Source of the DNA: Thalia democratica
Taxonomy: Eukaryota
DNA length: 64,000 nucleotides
NCBI GenBank assembly: GCA_965202585.1
Contig: OZ241834.1
Location: 37,200,001 to 37,264,000 of the forward strand
Reading direction: 5' to 3'
Part shown: piece after piece, positions 23,201 through 37,499 of the stretch
Position numbering within the stretch: position 1 is the stretch's first letter
Layout of the letters: every line of letters begins with the position of its first letter
The notes under the pieces: model-generated
The model's database searches: none
What the model was told of the DNA's origin: nothing
What the model saw: only the letters and a program-made list of their open reading frames with translations
Made by a program: the position numbers and the translations under genes

Positions 23201-26200
23201 AAATTGGTGTTGTTACAACTGTGATAAGTTTATTTTTTACTAATTTTTTACAGAGTAGTTATTCCTAATAAGAATATCAATAAACTACAATAACAACATG
23301 TGAAAATATATGAAATTATGCAAAAGTTATGACAAAGGTTTAACACATCTGTATATACAAGTTAATTTTTAAAAATGGTCAGTAACAACTTTAACTATGG
23401 AAATTAAAAGACAAAATGGTTACACAAAAACAAACCATAAACTTGTTCCAAATAACGTTAATCAAGTCGTAGTAGATTTAAATGTATTTAAAATTTGTCA
23501 ACCAACCTATTTTATCAGTAATAGTACTGAGAAAATCGAGTAAATAAAAAAAGTTAAAAAAATAAATTACTATAGCAAAAAACTATGAAAGTAAAAGTTT
23601 CTAAAGCAAAAAAAACATATTAAAACAAACCTCTTTTATCAGTCAACGCATTCAGAAATGCCAGCAAGAATAACCAGTAAATATAAAAACAAAAAATAAA
23701 ATAAACAAAACCATATCTAACCAAACCATTAAAACGAAAAAAAGTTTCTAAAGCAAAAAGAATTAAATTAAAACGAACCTCTATTATCAGTGAACACATT
23801 CAGGAACGCCAGCAGGGATCCGCTCCAAACCGCGAATATGAGGAGAACGTGGATCCTGATTTCCAGGAGGTCCTTGGCATGGAGGTGGTAGTAGAAGAGG
23901 AATCCCTCCACGAACAGGGAGAGCGAGAGGAGTGAGTTGCAGAGCACTGTGACGTAATAAGTAGGTATTGATGGCGTTAACACTAGATTTTTGTAAATTA
24001 TTATCTGATACAAAGTACTAGATTGGTTTACTATTTTCTTTTAGTTTTATTGAACGATAACTAGAGTAGTGTGTAATTTTTAAAAAGCTATATTCGCGAT
24101 AAGTTTTAAGTAGAGAAGAATCTTGTGTAATAATCGCAACGTTGCGACGTAACAACAACTGTGTGTTACCTGATAATTGAAAAACTGATATAGGTAGGTA
24201 GGTATATATTTGCCTCTAATTTAATTACCATTTAAATTTTTCTTTTTCAATAACATTTCCGAAACATCTAATTAAACAAATTTTGTATTACTGTTTAGAA
24301 ATAGTTTGGAATAAAAATTGACTCTTGTGTAGTAAAAAATAGAAAATATTCAGTTATAAAATATGTAAAGTTACAATAATATTATTTGTAAGGTATAAAT
24401 TAAGAGTTCTAAGAGGAAAAATTAAATGTGTGCCAAACAAGTTTTAGTAAAACTAGATTTTTTTACTTCAAACCACAAAAAATATTTTTTAAACAATATA
24501 AAAACTTAAACGCAGTTTATAACGCGTCAAAATTTCAACACTTACAGATCGCACTTCATTTAATTTTTCCTTGTTTTCAATTTTAGATGAAATTTTAACA
24601 ACAAGCCGTGTCATTTGTCATTATGATGTCATAATTTTAGAACAGTAGAAAACTTTCCGCGCAGAAATAATTTAAATTGGTTTATCCTATACTAAGTATT
24701 CATAATTTTGAAAATTGTTTAAAGGTTTGAAATACTTTCAGTAAAGTAGCACTAACTTTTGTTAGAAAATAAAAACATAATAGTTTATAAAAATTTTCAG
24801 GCCATGGTAATGTAACTCAACTCATAGTCGGCTATAAATTTCAAACATACTGACATATAAAAGTAAATAGTTTAAAGTTCATTGCTTAAAAAACTGAAAA
24901 CTATTTAATTTCACAACTTTCAGTTAGTTGAAAAATACATTATCCAACAGAAAAAACTGTGTAGTAATTTGAGTCATGTATGCAAATTATAATACTAAGT
25001 GTAAATAATCAAAAAGTATACTAAGAAAAGGCTTTGCAATAATTTTAAAGCAAAATAAGTTTTTGAAAATGTGTAATTTTAATGTTGATAATAAATTGAG
25101 TTTTAGTTTTAGTTTTTTACTTTTCAGAAAGTAACTCAAACCCATTTTTATTCGTAAAGTTTTATTTATTTGCTAGCAAAAAAAGTTAGGTTTATTTTAT
25201 AGTAAAAAGTAGTTTATGGTAAAAAAGGTTTAACAAGATAAAATTCGGAGATTTATAAAAGTATGGATTTTAGTAAGAAAAAGTAAATATTTTTTTCTAC
25301 ACAGCTTATAAGCTTGAAATTTTCTAAAACTTTTGGAACGTACAATTTAGGGCTTTGCATCAATTTTAAATAAATAACTATTGGCTAGTATGATGAAAAG
25401 AAATAATTTAAATTGTAAGCAGTTAAAAAGCGTAAAAAGTCAAACAGTTCAAAAAGTGTTGTGGTAAACATTGTATGAAAAGGAAACCTTGTTTAGTTGA
25501 AAAAGTTTTAAAAAATGATGACTGATATTTTATTTATTTTTTCTTGATAATAAGTATACGTTTGTGTAACTTAACTTACACAATATTAACTTATAAAATA
25601 CATAAATATTATAAAAATATAAGTACTTAAAATAAAGAATAACATGTCTTTAAATGTACGTCATTATGGTGTAGAGTAAATACAGTTGTACTTATAAAAG
25701 TAATTTATGCTTGTTTTATTGTAATACGTTCAATAAGTTTAAATACTGCCACGTAGAAAATAAATTATTCATTGAACAAAGTACATAAATTTCGGAAGAA
25801 TATTAATACATAAAATTCGACAAATTAATATTCTCATTAAAAATTTATTATTTTTGACTGTTTGGTGGACCGATTTTTAAAGTATCGTAAAAGATACTCA
25901 AGAAAGTAGAAGAGTTCTACATAAAAAATAATTTTAAAGCGTAAAAAAAATTAATTACGTTGAAACTAGTAAATAAAAACCTAACATAGTATATAAAGTA
26001 CTAGTTTGTTTACAATTAGTAAATTTGATCAAACTGACCATTTTTAAGTGGTTAAAGGTGCAAATTAATTTCAATAAACACACATAAACTATTAATATAA
26101 AGTTTTATTGAAATAGCTTTTATTAAAAAACTTATTATATTTAATTGTTCTAAGATGCCAACTATTTACAATTAATACAAAACCCCATACACTACTAAAA

Positions 26201-29200
26201 ATTTAAATTACAAAAAAAATTATATTAAACAACCAACCATTTTTGAGTGACGTAGGGTGTAGACTGTTTTCAATCAGTACTAGACCGTATACCGTGAAGA
26301 ATGCGTACATCACTGAATGAGACCAGTTGTTTATTTGGTCGAATTTTCCGTCCTTGGTCAGGCTGAAGTTCGGACCCTCGTCTACGACTTGCTCTAATAC
26401 TATTCCTGTTGGGAGATATTTAAAGTTGTATAAATAAAAATTAGTGATATTTAACAAACTTTTAGCAACACAAACTGTCATATTTTGTTCAACAAGTTAA
26501 ACCAAGTACAATACTTGTTATGATATTTGATATAAATCTGTTTCGTCAGAAAACTAACTAAAATGTTATTATTTAAAGAACAAACGTTAATACGTCGTAT
26601 GATTGTTGTGTAAAATGTTGGTTCAAATTATTTAGTACTTAGCATACCGATGTAGTTGTAAAAAAATCTTAAAACAAACTTATACTGAGACTGTTGTGAA
26701 AAATAAATTATTTAACTTTATTGTTAATAATGTTAAAGTACTATAAGTTTTTGATGTTAACTACATAGTTCACTTTATTAAAATAGTTTTTATTTTTTTT
26801 AGGGAGTGATGGTTTTTAGTTATAAAGATTTATGCACTACATATATTAAATAAAAACTTGTTGACTTTTATTCTTGTAAAGAGTTCAAAAGTTTTCAGGT
26901 AACCAAAGTGTACAGCTTTCGACGAGTAGTAAAAATGATAAAAAATACTTAATTTTTTTTTGTAGTATGTTAGAAAACCATCAAAAACAAATTGTTTTAC
27001 AAGAGTTTTTGTAATATATTCAAGAATAACCTAAGGCGTAGATCTATACTTAAATCATACATTAATTTGCAAAACAATTGTGATAAATCATAAAAAATGA
27101 TCACCTATATTTTTTAACTAAACTATTTATGTAAAATTGAAGCTTTTTTTGAAACATTCATAACTTTATGAACACAAGCTATTTGACCCAAAACATTACA
27201 CCTGGAGTTATCATTTTATTAACCAAACACTTAGAATAAAAAATGTTGAAGAAAATTCATAAACTTTATAGTTTAAAAAAGAAAACTGTATTAAATTAAC
27301 AAAAAGCTTTTGCTTTGGGTATGCTTTAGTTATAAAATGTCTTAATTTGATAACTAAAAAATAGTTATTCTACGGTAATACCAAAACTACGTTACACAAC
27401 AATAATGTGGTTAATAAATAAGTTCATGAAACTGTTTAACATTATGACGTACTAATTGCTACAGGCGATACACTGTATACTTAAAATAAGTTGTCGTTTG
27501 CTATCTGAACTTTGTACAAAGTTAATATACTTTTTAACTACGTTTTGAGCATAGTTTAAATAGCTTAATAGCTTTAAATAAAAATATTAATTGTTAAAAT
27601 GCATATCTTCTTTACGAACAAAGAATAACTTGTTTGTTTGAGGAAAATTAATTTTTAAGTGTAGTTATTAAAGTTTTAGTAAAGTAAAAAAAAAACTTAG
27701 CATTTGCTTGAAAAATAAAACAATTAGTTTATAACTTTTTACTATATGTGTTTGTTTTTTAGAAACTTGTTTTGTTTAAAGGTTTACATTTTATTCCTTT
27801 TTTTTCAAACTTCGAGTTTTATAACAATTTATTTTTGAGTCTGTGTTTACTTAGTTTCTTATTTTATAAAAGTGTTTTTATAATATAATTAGTGCTTGTT
27901 TAATTTTGAATATCTTTCAAAAGTATAATGTTAAAACTTCATATAAAATCATACAACTAAATTTCTAAGCATATCATATCATATCTAATCATACAACTAA
28001 ACCAACTAAGCATTTACCAAACTTAATATGCTAATGAACTATGAGGTCAATCTTTTAAGCTGCTATCTATTGTTTAGAAATTGAAAGATTTAATTTGACG
28101 ATCACTTCAAACGAAACTTATTAGCCTTTTAAAACTTTGAAGTTGAAAAAACGGCTTGTTTAAAATAATATCTATGATTAGTTTCAGTTGTTGTTGTTTT
28201 TAAACGTTAATTTCATACTAACATAAACATTTTATCTCTACAAAACAAAACAAAGCTTAAAATAATAAACAACAGGCTATCCTAACGATTACTTGGTAAT
28301 GGATTACTTTATAAAAGTTTAAAAAAAGAAATACAACATATTTTTAATTAAAAGCAATAAAAAAAGCGTAGTTTTGATTTCAATTTTCAAATTTTTTAAA
28401 GAGTTTAAATTAAATTAAAAATATTTTTGGTTTCGTATAAACATACCAACGAATCTACATATAGTTATTATTAATTCAGTAAAACTTTCTTTTATAAAAA
28501 AACTCATGATTCCATAAATTTGTGAAAAACAAACTTTTTGAATAGTTTTATTAAACTTAATAACTTTTTTTTTCAAAATATACTTACCCACGAATGTAGA
28601 TAGAGTAACCATTCCACCGAGAACCAAACCATTGTACTTTTCAAATGAACTTCTTTTTTTACTTTGATTGGTTGATTTTCGACTGGAATATCTGTTATTT
28701 TTCGATTACTTTGAATACAGTATGGTCGTAAATTTAGATAAGTTTATAATTAAATATGTGATCATAGATGAAAAGGTTTTTTTTTCGTAAACAAAATAGC
28801 AATGATAAAATTATATTAAAAAAAATACTTAAAATATAGATTTAGAGATAAATAAACTTTAACAAAGGTTTTAAGAAAAACCATATCGTTTAACAGTTGT
28901 TAAAGTTGTTATTTGTTATACTTTTCAAAAATTATCGATAAATCTTTAAGAAAGTTAGAAACTTTAAGTTTGTAGTCCAGTACATTGTATGTAAAATATT
29001 TTTTGTTAAAATGTAAGTTTTGAGAAACTTTATTTCGTTTTATGAATTAGATAACGAGTTTAAAACGTGATTTTAGTCCTATGCTATTGAATTTTGCTTC
29101 CTAGTTTAAAGGAAGTGTTATTTTTTAAGAGGTAAAGTGTTTTAAAAGTATAATAAGTTTTAAAAAGAATTGAGGTTTTTTAGAGCTTAGTAATAAACAC

Positions 29201-29571
29201 TAACTTTGTAAAGTTGCGAAATTGTTTTATTAAAACTATCAACACTTATTTGCTTAATCTTTACTAAAGCTATTTTTTTTTGGTAGATTAAAAAAATTAA
29301 AGAAAGCTAAATTAAACATACTTTTTAAAAAGTACCTCATGCTTCTTTAAGTGTAGGAAGTATATCATAATTACAAAATACTAAACTCTATTTCAGCATA
29401 AACAATTTTATTCATTTATTTCAGTATTATCTATGAAATATTTAAAACTCAAGAAAATAATATTGCATATATAGAATACTAAACTAACCGATATAGCCAT
29501 GTGCATGTTAAAAATGTTCCAAATAAAACAAAATATACCCCTGGCAAGACGTGACCTTTGTAACTACCCAT
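17214..29571 (-). CDS. TMEM45: TMEM45-family (DUF716) multi-pass membrane protein, 292 aa. Coding exons 29571-29489, 28691-28588, 26405-26238, 23946-23779, 21153-20957, 17372-17214.
   Basis: All boundaries are GT-AG with matching phases (2,1,1,1,0), giving 879 nt including the stop. Family motifs: MGSYKGHVLPG (MxxFxGHALPG), GIVLEQ...GP...NWSHSVMY, FVEGFLFYYH...RIHVLL, ILQGTWFIQ, and W...NLMF...CFSMH. Confidence 0.9.
17980..19600. repeat. Pair of degenerate direct repeats of ~150 bp (~17980-18130 and ~19410-19600) in the last TMEM45 intron
   Basis: tatctgtgctagaaagtaaagtataatcaatactta versus tatttgtgctggaaagtaaaatataatcaatactta, with similar flanks. Confidence 0.55.
21700..21920 (-). repeat. 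Dispersed repeat family member (inverted relative to the copies at ~32826-32960 and ~33480-33700)
   Basis: The reverse complement contains AAAATTG-C-TTTAGATGGCATTA-CTC...AAATTATTCAAAA-TTTT-TC-ACTTTTCC, shared with the two plus-strand copies. Confidence 0.65.
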
Positions 29572-31519
29572 TTTAATAATATTTATATCTGAACAGTTTT
29601 TATGCTAAGAAAAATTTATTTAAAATATATAAGACATTTTATATTAGACATTTTATAAACGATTGAAGTAAATTAGCATATGTGCTTAAAAAAAATTTAC
29701 TAAAAATTAATGTTTTAATACTACAAAAAAGAAGTTTTAAATAATACTTCATATTTGTACATAATATTTCATATAGGATATTACACAGTTTTTATAACTT
29801 CTTAACTGCTGAGAAAAAAATAAACTTATGTTTAAACCTTGTTGTAATAAACAAAAATAGTTTTATAAAAATCGAAAAAAAATAATTGTATTATGACGAA
29901 ACATAGTTAAAAAAAAGGTTTTTATAGTAAACTACGTAAGCAATCCCTAGTTTTATTTTAAAGTATTTTTTTAAATTTTTGAAGATTTTTTTAAATTAAT
30001 TTTTTCTTTAAAATATACATTCAAAAGTATCCAAACTAAGTAAAATGGTAGAGTAAAAGGTGGTATGAGTTTAAAACTGTATGATTGGTAAAACATCGTC
30101 ATTTAAATTTTCTTATGTCAATTTATGATAAGCTTTAAGTAATCCCTTAAGTAAACAAGCTTTTACTCATAGCAAAATGATTCATATAAACTTTATTGGT
30201 ACTAAAAAAAACTATAAAAAAAACTGTTAACCAATATTTATCATAATAAACAACAGTGCTTTGTTATACAACTTTATTAACCTTACTTAAACTATTGAAG
30301 AAATTTATACAAAAACACATAATTGTTTTTTTTTTTGAAACTGTTTAACATTTAAAAAACGCATTTAAAACTTATAAATATTTATAAACAAACTAATTCG
30401 TACTATTATTATAACTGATATGATTTTCTAGTTGAAGTATGATTAAACTTTTATTATTAAAACATATTTTTATATCTAAACCAAATTTTAGTTTTGAAAA
30501 CATTACTGTTAAGCTAATTTAAAAACTCCTTAAACTACAAAATTTTAGGACTAAAAAAATCTCTAAAAACACCTAAAAGACAAGTACAGTTTTATTTTCT
30601 AACTTGAAAAACTTTCAAATTAGAAAAGATTTATATTGAATCTTTTCTACAGTTTTATGGTACAAATTAACATACAATTTTTATAAAAACGCAAATATGT
30701 TACTGAATCAAGAAATTCTTAGTTTATTAATTTGCTTTGAAAGCTCTTGAAAAATTATATTAAGTTATAACTTATATTGACGCATCTTTCTGTAACAAAA
30801 GCAAAAATTTACCTTAATCTAAATAATAAAAAACCTTTGCAACAAAAAGTTTTGTTCTCTATGATGCGAAATTATGACCTCGCAAAATACAAATATTCAC
30901 ATAAAACATCCGAGAAAACAAAAACACTTTTATAATTTAGAGTTTTATAACAAATTATTTTCAAGTTCAAAAGATATTAAACATAAAATTTCAATTAAAA
31001 CATTTAAGCCAAATACTTAGGATTTTAACTAGTAAGTTTTACAATTAAAATCACTAAAATTTTGATGTAAAAAAAATAAATAAACAGTAACAAAAAAGTG
31101 ATAATATATACTTTTTGAAAAGTACAAAAACTCTTTCATTCTTAAACAACTGTTTCTTACCTCAAAAATAGATAAAGTAGAAAAAAAACATAAAAAAACG
31201 ACACAGTTCACATATAAAGCTTTACAAAATTTCACTACAATTGTACCATAAATAATAAAACTAGATAAAAAATTTCAAACTTAAAAAAACTAAATAACAC
31301 AAAATTTATTTATGTAAGTCACTGTAAAGAAAAAACTTTAAAAACAATAAGTTAAACAAAAGTGTTTTATTAAAGTAATATCATAATAAAACTAGATAAA
31401 AACTTACAAAAAAAACCACACAAAGTTCTTTTATGTAGAACAATATAAAAACAAAAGCTTTTCAAAAAATCTTACTACAGTTCTAACTGAAATATCATAA
31501 AAAAATAAATAAAAATAAA

Positions 31520-31660
31520 ACCTGCGAAAATCAAATCAGACAAAGTTCGAAATGCATCGGTGTGAAATTACTTAGCGTGAAATAGTTCTTTGTAGTAAAT
31601 CTCAACTTTTACCTTTCTCTTCTTCGACACTCAGCGCCAACTAGCGGTTAAAACGTAGTT
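31520..31660 (-). promoter_or_regulatory. Probable non-coding first exon / TSS region of the TMEM45 gene
   Basis: A CpG-containing patch ~2 kb upstream of the ATG exon ends in a strong donor (GAGAAAG|gtaaaa at 31613/31612). The ATG exon itself begins with an acceptor (ttcag, 29588), so an upstream exon or a trans-spliced leader is required. Confidence 0.35.
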
Positions 31661-32825
31661 GATTAGTTTACTACAAGTTGTTATTAGTGCGATGAAAATT
31701 TGTTGACTTAGGTATTTTAAAACGTCACATATAACTTTCTTCGAACTGTTTTTTGTCATATTTATATCTATGTTGTATCAAACAACCATAAAGTTTGTAA
31801 ATTTTAGCTAATAAAAGAAAGTTAAAGTATATTGGGAGCTAATTAGTTTTTTAGTTATCTTATTAAATCTCATGAAAGTTTTCAATGCATGTTATGCATG
31901 TTCAAAACGGTTAAATAAATGTTTATAAGTAAAAAGATTATATAAGATTAAACTGTAGTTAATGTGAGAAAACCCCATAAATGTTTTGTTATTTATACTT
32001 TTTAGGAAAAAAAAAGTAATATAAAATGTCGACAAGTACTTTAAAAAATCACTAATTAATATGTTATTCGTTAAAAGAAAGAAAAAACAGTTTATATACT
32101 AGCAAATTGTTTTGAATTACTTAATTTATTGCTTTAATTTTCCATGGTCTATCTACAAAAATTAATAAACTAAACTTTAACAAAAATTAAAATATCTTTT
32201 TACTATATAAATAATATTTACATAATAATGAATATGTTAGACTTTTAAATTTATGTTATGTTTCAATCTTTTTTATTTAGTCAATAACAAAAATTGTACC
32301 TAAACTTTGACTTGAATATAAAGTTTTTTTCTCAAAAATCAAAGTTTTCGAGTTCCAAATTCAAAGAAAAAATAAATTCAAGCAAATATTTTTGCAAATT
32401 CGATCATTGTAACAAAACAATATTGGCGCATTTTTCTTTCCTTTTTTTTTCGCTTCAAATAAGATTACATGCTTTGTTTTTGTTGACGTAAATGAATTTT
32501 TATTAAAAATTATTCCGAGAAAATACAGTCCGTAGAAAGTTTGTGCAGTTTTGTTTTTAAATTTAACAAAAGGAAAAAAAATATAACAATTAATTTTTTT
32601 AACAGTCTATAGTTTTTTATTAAAAAAACAATATTAGTTTGTTCTATATGTTAGTCATAGGTTTATTCTTAAACAGAAATAATCTTTACAATTTAAAATC
32701 TATAGACGAATTGTTTCTGCAAGTTTAATTTGTAACATCTTAATCGAACACTTCGAAAATTTTAATTTTAAAAAGTACGTTGTATTACAAGAAAAAAGAT
32801 GTGGTTTATGTAACAAAATACTCAA

Positions 32826-33700
32826 AAATCCATGAAAATTGCCGTTTAGATGGCATTAGCTCCGTTTGAAGTAAAATATAAATTATTCAAAAGTTTTTCG
32901 ACTTTTTCCATATAAACGTTTTTTAAAACTAAAAAATATTAAAAAATGAGAATGTATGTTGATGAAACATTTTTAAGTTTAAACTTTGTGTATATATAAA
33001 ACTAAAAAATAATATAACAAAAGTACACTACAAACAATTTTTTTTTAATTTACAAATTCAACAAAAAAACTGAGGTATTAATCTTTTTTTGTCAAGAAAT
33101 GAAAAAAAAAACATTGGTTTTTAACCTAAAATCAACGTGCAAAGGCTTATATTAATATTAAAAAGTTAAATGTTGATGCGATAACTTTATTAATAGCGTT
33201 TTTAAGTTTCCAAGTTCTCAAAATTTTGTTTTAAATTCCGATTTACTGATGAGCTGATAAGGAAATTATTTATTGACGTTAATATAATTTAAGGGAGTTT
33301 TACTTTTTCGTGAGAAGAATAAAAATTACTTGACCACATAAATTTTGAAACAAAAAAATAATGTTTGTTTTATCGAATATAACTATTATTTTTTTTAATT
33401 TGCCCAGTAGTATTGTTTATAAAGGTTTTAAACATTAAGTTAAAAATAAATTCTAGTGGTTTTTGTAATAAATATTCTATAATCCATGAAAATTGCCTTT
33501 TAGATGGCATTATCTCGGTGGCAAGAAAAATATAAATTATTCAAAACTTTTGTCAACTTTTTCCTTTGTGCGTTTTACAAAAATAAAACTGAAAAAATAT
33601 ACTGACAAAAAAGCGGCAATTTCTCAAAAATTGTTATATTTATCCAAGAAGCAAAAAAAAAGTTTAAAAAGATCAACTTTTTGGTAAAAAACGCAAATTT
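32826..33700 (+). repeat. Two direct copies (~32826-32960 and ~33480-33700) of the repeat family also found at 21700-21920
   Basis: Both begin aatccatgaaaattgcc(g/t)tttagatggcatta(g/t)ctc. Confidence 0.7.
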
Positions 33701-36700
33701 CTTAATTCTGAAGTTTTACTATAATTCATAAAAAAGCACAAACTAAAAAATAAATTGTTTAAAACAAAACTCAGCAATATTTAAGTTTTAAGATTAACAG
33801 CAAAGAAAGTATTTGCCGAAATTATTTCGATCGAAAAAGATGAAATAAGATTAAAAACATCAAATCAAATTTTTTTTGAACTGAACAAATAGAGCATGCA
33901 ACAGTTTATTTCCTGTAGACTAACTGACGCCACAAATTTTTCTAAGAAGTTTTAAAACTGATTTGTTGGGAACATTTTGATGGTTTATGACAAGTTTGAT
34001 AATCAATAAGTTTAATTTGAGTTCAATAACCTAAAGAGTCTAGTTTTGTCATTGAATACAAAAATAGGCCAATTTATATTTCTATTAGGATTTATAATAC
34101 TTAAATAAAGCTAAACATATTGAATAACAACTGTAATAAATAATATAAGAGAAAAATTTATCAGGATTTTATTAAGTTTGAATATGTCATAGAAGCTTTT
34201 GTCAATATACAAGTACTTTAAGAACTAGTGCTTAAACAAGTCTATCTTTATAGCCTTTTATTTAAAATAGAAAGGCTTTGAATAGAGCTAAAAATAAATT
34301 TAGTTTTACTTAGGTTGACAGTCTTGAAAAACTCAAAGAGATTTTATTTATTGAATTGTTATAGGTTAAAAATCTAAAATATATCTCAAAAATCATCTGA
34401 TTAATTTTTTTTTTATTGTCAAGTGTTTTATGCTTAAATGATCATAAGTTATTCTTCTTTTTTCAACTACTTAACTATATTGTGTAATAATGACTTTGTG
34501 TTTATTATAAAAAAAAATAGTATGTTCTTTGACGATATTAATAATCGAGTTTTATAATATATAATTTAGATCTATGTACAAAAAAATATTAAATTTTGTA
34601 TTTTAAAAAGCACAGTTGTGTCTGCAAAAGTAAAAAGTTAAAATAATTTGTAATATTATACTTTATCATAAAGTTATTTTTACAGTGCCGGTAAAGTAAA
34701 CAAAATACAACAACACTTATTGTTAAAACAGAAAAGTACAATCTTTTCAACTCTGTTTATAAAATTTACGCTATTGTACTAATTAAATTAAAACTTCAAT
34801 CAATAATAAATTACTTAACGTTAAATTATTGATTAGCTAGTATTTATAAAGTACAAAAATTTAGTTGTTTATACCGTAAACGTACTCAATACATAAAATA
34901 GTTAGGTTAAAACTCAAAGGTATTATTTATTAACTGATTCTTCGCTTTTTGATATACTGAAACTAAAGCATATTGATGTTTAATTTTTTATTAATTATTA
35001 TTCAAATGTTAAAACATTAGTGCATTTATAAAGTGTTAAAATTTGAAAACAGCTAAAGCTATACATTGTATTAAATTCTTAACCTACTTTTAAAACTTTT
35101 AATCTTTGAAAATGTACTTCTCATATAGAAGCAATTGTTGTTTTGTTTTAAAATTTGATTATTGATTTTACTACAAAACATAGCATACATAAATATTTGT
35201 GCATAAAAATATGTACTATTATAAATATTAGATTTGATACTAAACCTTTCACCCAGAAGTTCATTTTTAAATGAAAAAACCTATATTGAAACATTTAGTA
35301 TACCTGGAAACTGGGTTTTATTTTTATAATAAAATTCAAGTATTGATTTTTTATTAAACGTAACATAAATATGACTTTGCTTTTCCACACAGTTTAAAAA
35401 TAACATTACGTATATGTTTTGTTTCAAAACAAAAATTTTATACATTTTTTCAGGTGACAAAATTTAAAATATTTAAATTTATTAATACTTTTTATATATT
35501 TTGCTTTACCTTATAAATAGTTCTATCTTGAAAACTCTTACAAACCCTTTAATTGTTACTATGTTAAACAAACGTTCTAATTTGTTCTGGTAGTACATTG
35601 TGTAAATCTAAAAAAATAAAACTTGTGCTTTTGTATTGATTTTAACCACGTTGGATTGTAGTACAGATAAGATTAGTCTTGTTCTGACAAAAAACAGACT
35701 TTAAATACTATTTTCTACTTTGTTTTCATTTTACACAGTTCAAAATTAAATAAAATTTTTCCGTTACGAAAGATTAGGTTAACAAAATTAAACATTTTAA
35801 AAATTAAATACAATTTGTTACATAAAAACTAAAAGGTTTATCATTATTAAACAAACTGTTCTTTAGATTTTTTATTAAAATTTTAAGTTATTTTTTTGGT
35901 TGTGAGACTATTAAATAAAAAGTTAAAAACTAAAAAAGTTAATAAAACTATGATTATTTGATAAGCAAGGAAAGTTAAAAAAAAAAGAATAAAATCAAAT
36001 AAATACTGGCTTACAATAAGTATATGTCACAATATTTTCTATAAGAGTACTAAAGACTTAACAGATTTTAAATACTCATATTGTTGATAAACGAAGCAAA
36101 CTAATAAAAAAAACATTTTTTATTAACACAAGTGCTACTTCATAAATAAATACTTAATGAATAAATAGAATATTGTATTTTCCTTGTATATCAAGATTAA
36201 CTCTTTATAAAATTATCCTAGCTTCGGTTATAAGCTTTTAAAAATAATGTTGCAACTTTTAACCTTTTATGCAGACTTGAAGTAACAGTTGTTTGAATCA
36301 TACATATGGTAAAACTTAAAAAAACTGATTAAACTTTGATTGTTTATATACACAAACAATTATACCTTCATATCTAAAAACCAAACTTTAAAAAATTATT
36401 TGTCTAAGTTGTGTTATGAAAAACATTTCATACCAAGGTTATTTTTTTAATAATTTTAAAAATTCTGTTTATATACTTTACTTGTTTGAATTATCTTTAA
36501 GTTCTGGCCTAAAAAGGTTTTAATTTAAAGTCGAAAACTGACTTTCGTTTTTTATTAGCTCTTCGTGCGTACATTGTTTAAAAAATGATATTTTAATAAC
36601 TTTACTCATAAAATATTCAAGTTAAAAATTTTTGCAATATATTTTTGGATATATCATTCAACCTCTACATTTAAAAAATAAATACAAGTTTTTATTTTCA

Positions 36701-37238
36701 AGCTGTGTTTAATGTAAGCTAGTTTGAAAAAATTGTTGTACTAAGAAACAATGCAATTTAGATTATTTCAATAAATAGAAACATTATATTTTTTATAAAT
36801 AGTTTTAAAAGTTTAACTTATTCATGTTGGCTAAGTTTTAATTATATGTTATTAATAAAACTGACATTGTAATATAGATTACAAGGTTTAAATAAAACAT
36901 TTATTTTATATAATTATGGCTAATATGAAATACAGCATCTAAATAGAATATAACAAATTATTTACATAAACTTCTTTAAAGTTTACAAGTGCTTAAATGG
37001 TAAGTTTAAGTTTAATGTCTATGAAAATATCCAATAAGTAGATAGTTGGGAAATACTGAACACGTTAAATAGTAAATGAAACACAGGTTTTGAATTATCA
37101 GCAAAAGAATAAATTGTGTTCTTATAACAACACAGTATGTAAAACACTTAATCATTAAACAAACAACTTTTCGCCGCAGGCGTCTGTTACGTTTGTTCAA
37201 CTAACTTTATAAACTACTAAAACTCTTTTCCAATGAGC

Positions 37239-37310
37239 GGGGATATAGCTCAGTGGTAGAGCAATCGACTGCAGATCGATAGGTCCTTGGTTCAAATCCG
37301 AGTGTCCCCT
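37239..37310 (+). tRNA. tRNA-Cys (GCA), 72 nt, intronless
   Basis: GGGGATATAGCTCAGTGGTAGAGCAATCGACTGCAGATCGATAGGTCCTTGGTTCAAATCCGAGTGTCCCCT. The acceptor stem GGGGATA/TGTCCCC, D arm, anticodon stem TCGA/TCGA with loop CTGCAGA, T arm GTTCAAATC and U73 discriminator are all present. Confidence 0.96.
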
Positions 37311-37313
37311 CCA

Positions 37314-37322
37314 TTTTTTTTT
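37314..37322 (+). terminator. RNA polymerase III terminator (T9) of the tRNA-Cys gene
   Basis: A run of nine T begins 4 nt after the discriminator base. Confidence 0.8.
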
Positions 37323-37499
37323 CTTAGAATTTTAAACAAAAGCACAATGTTCTAAGCGTTCTAAAACTTTTAAAAAACTTGAAAATTAAATGTTATTACA
37401 TTTATAGATATGTTTTGCTTTAGGCTGCTTTAACTAATTATGACAGGTTAAAAAAAGTTTAAATTCGAGGGACAATTTTTTATAAAAATTTGCCCTTAT

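Noticed and set aside
24134-24147. Perfect 14-bp palindrome TCGCAACGTTGCGA in TMEM45 intron 3, and a 9-bp hairpin at 46788-46809
   Set aside because: Single short occurrences with no supporting context, so they cannot be distinguished from chance without conservation data.
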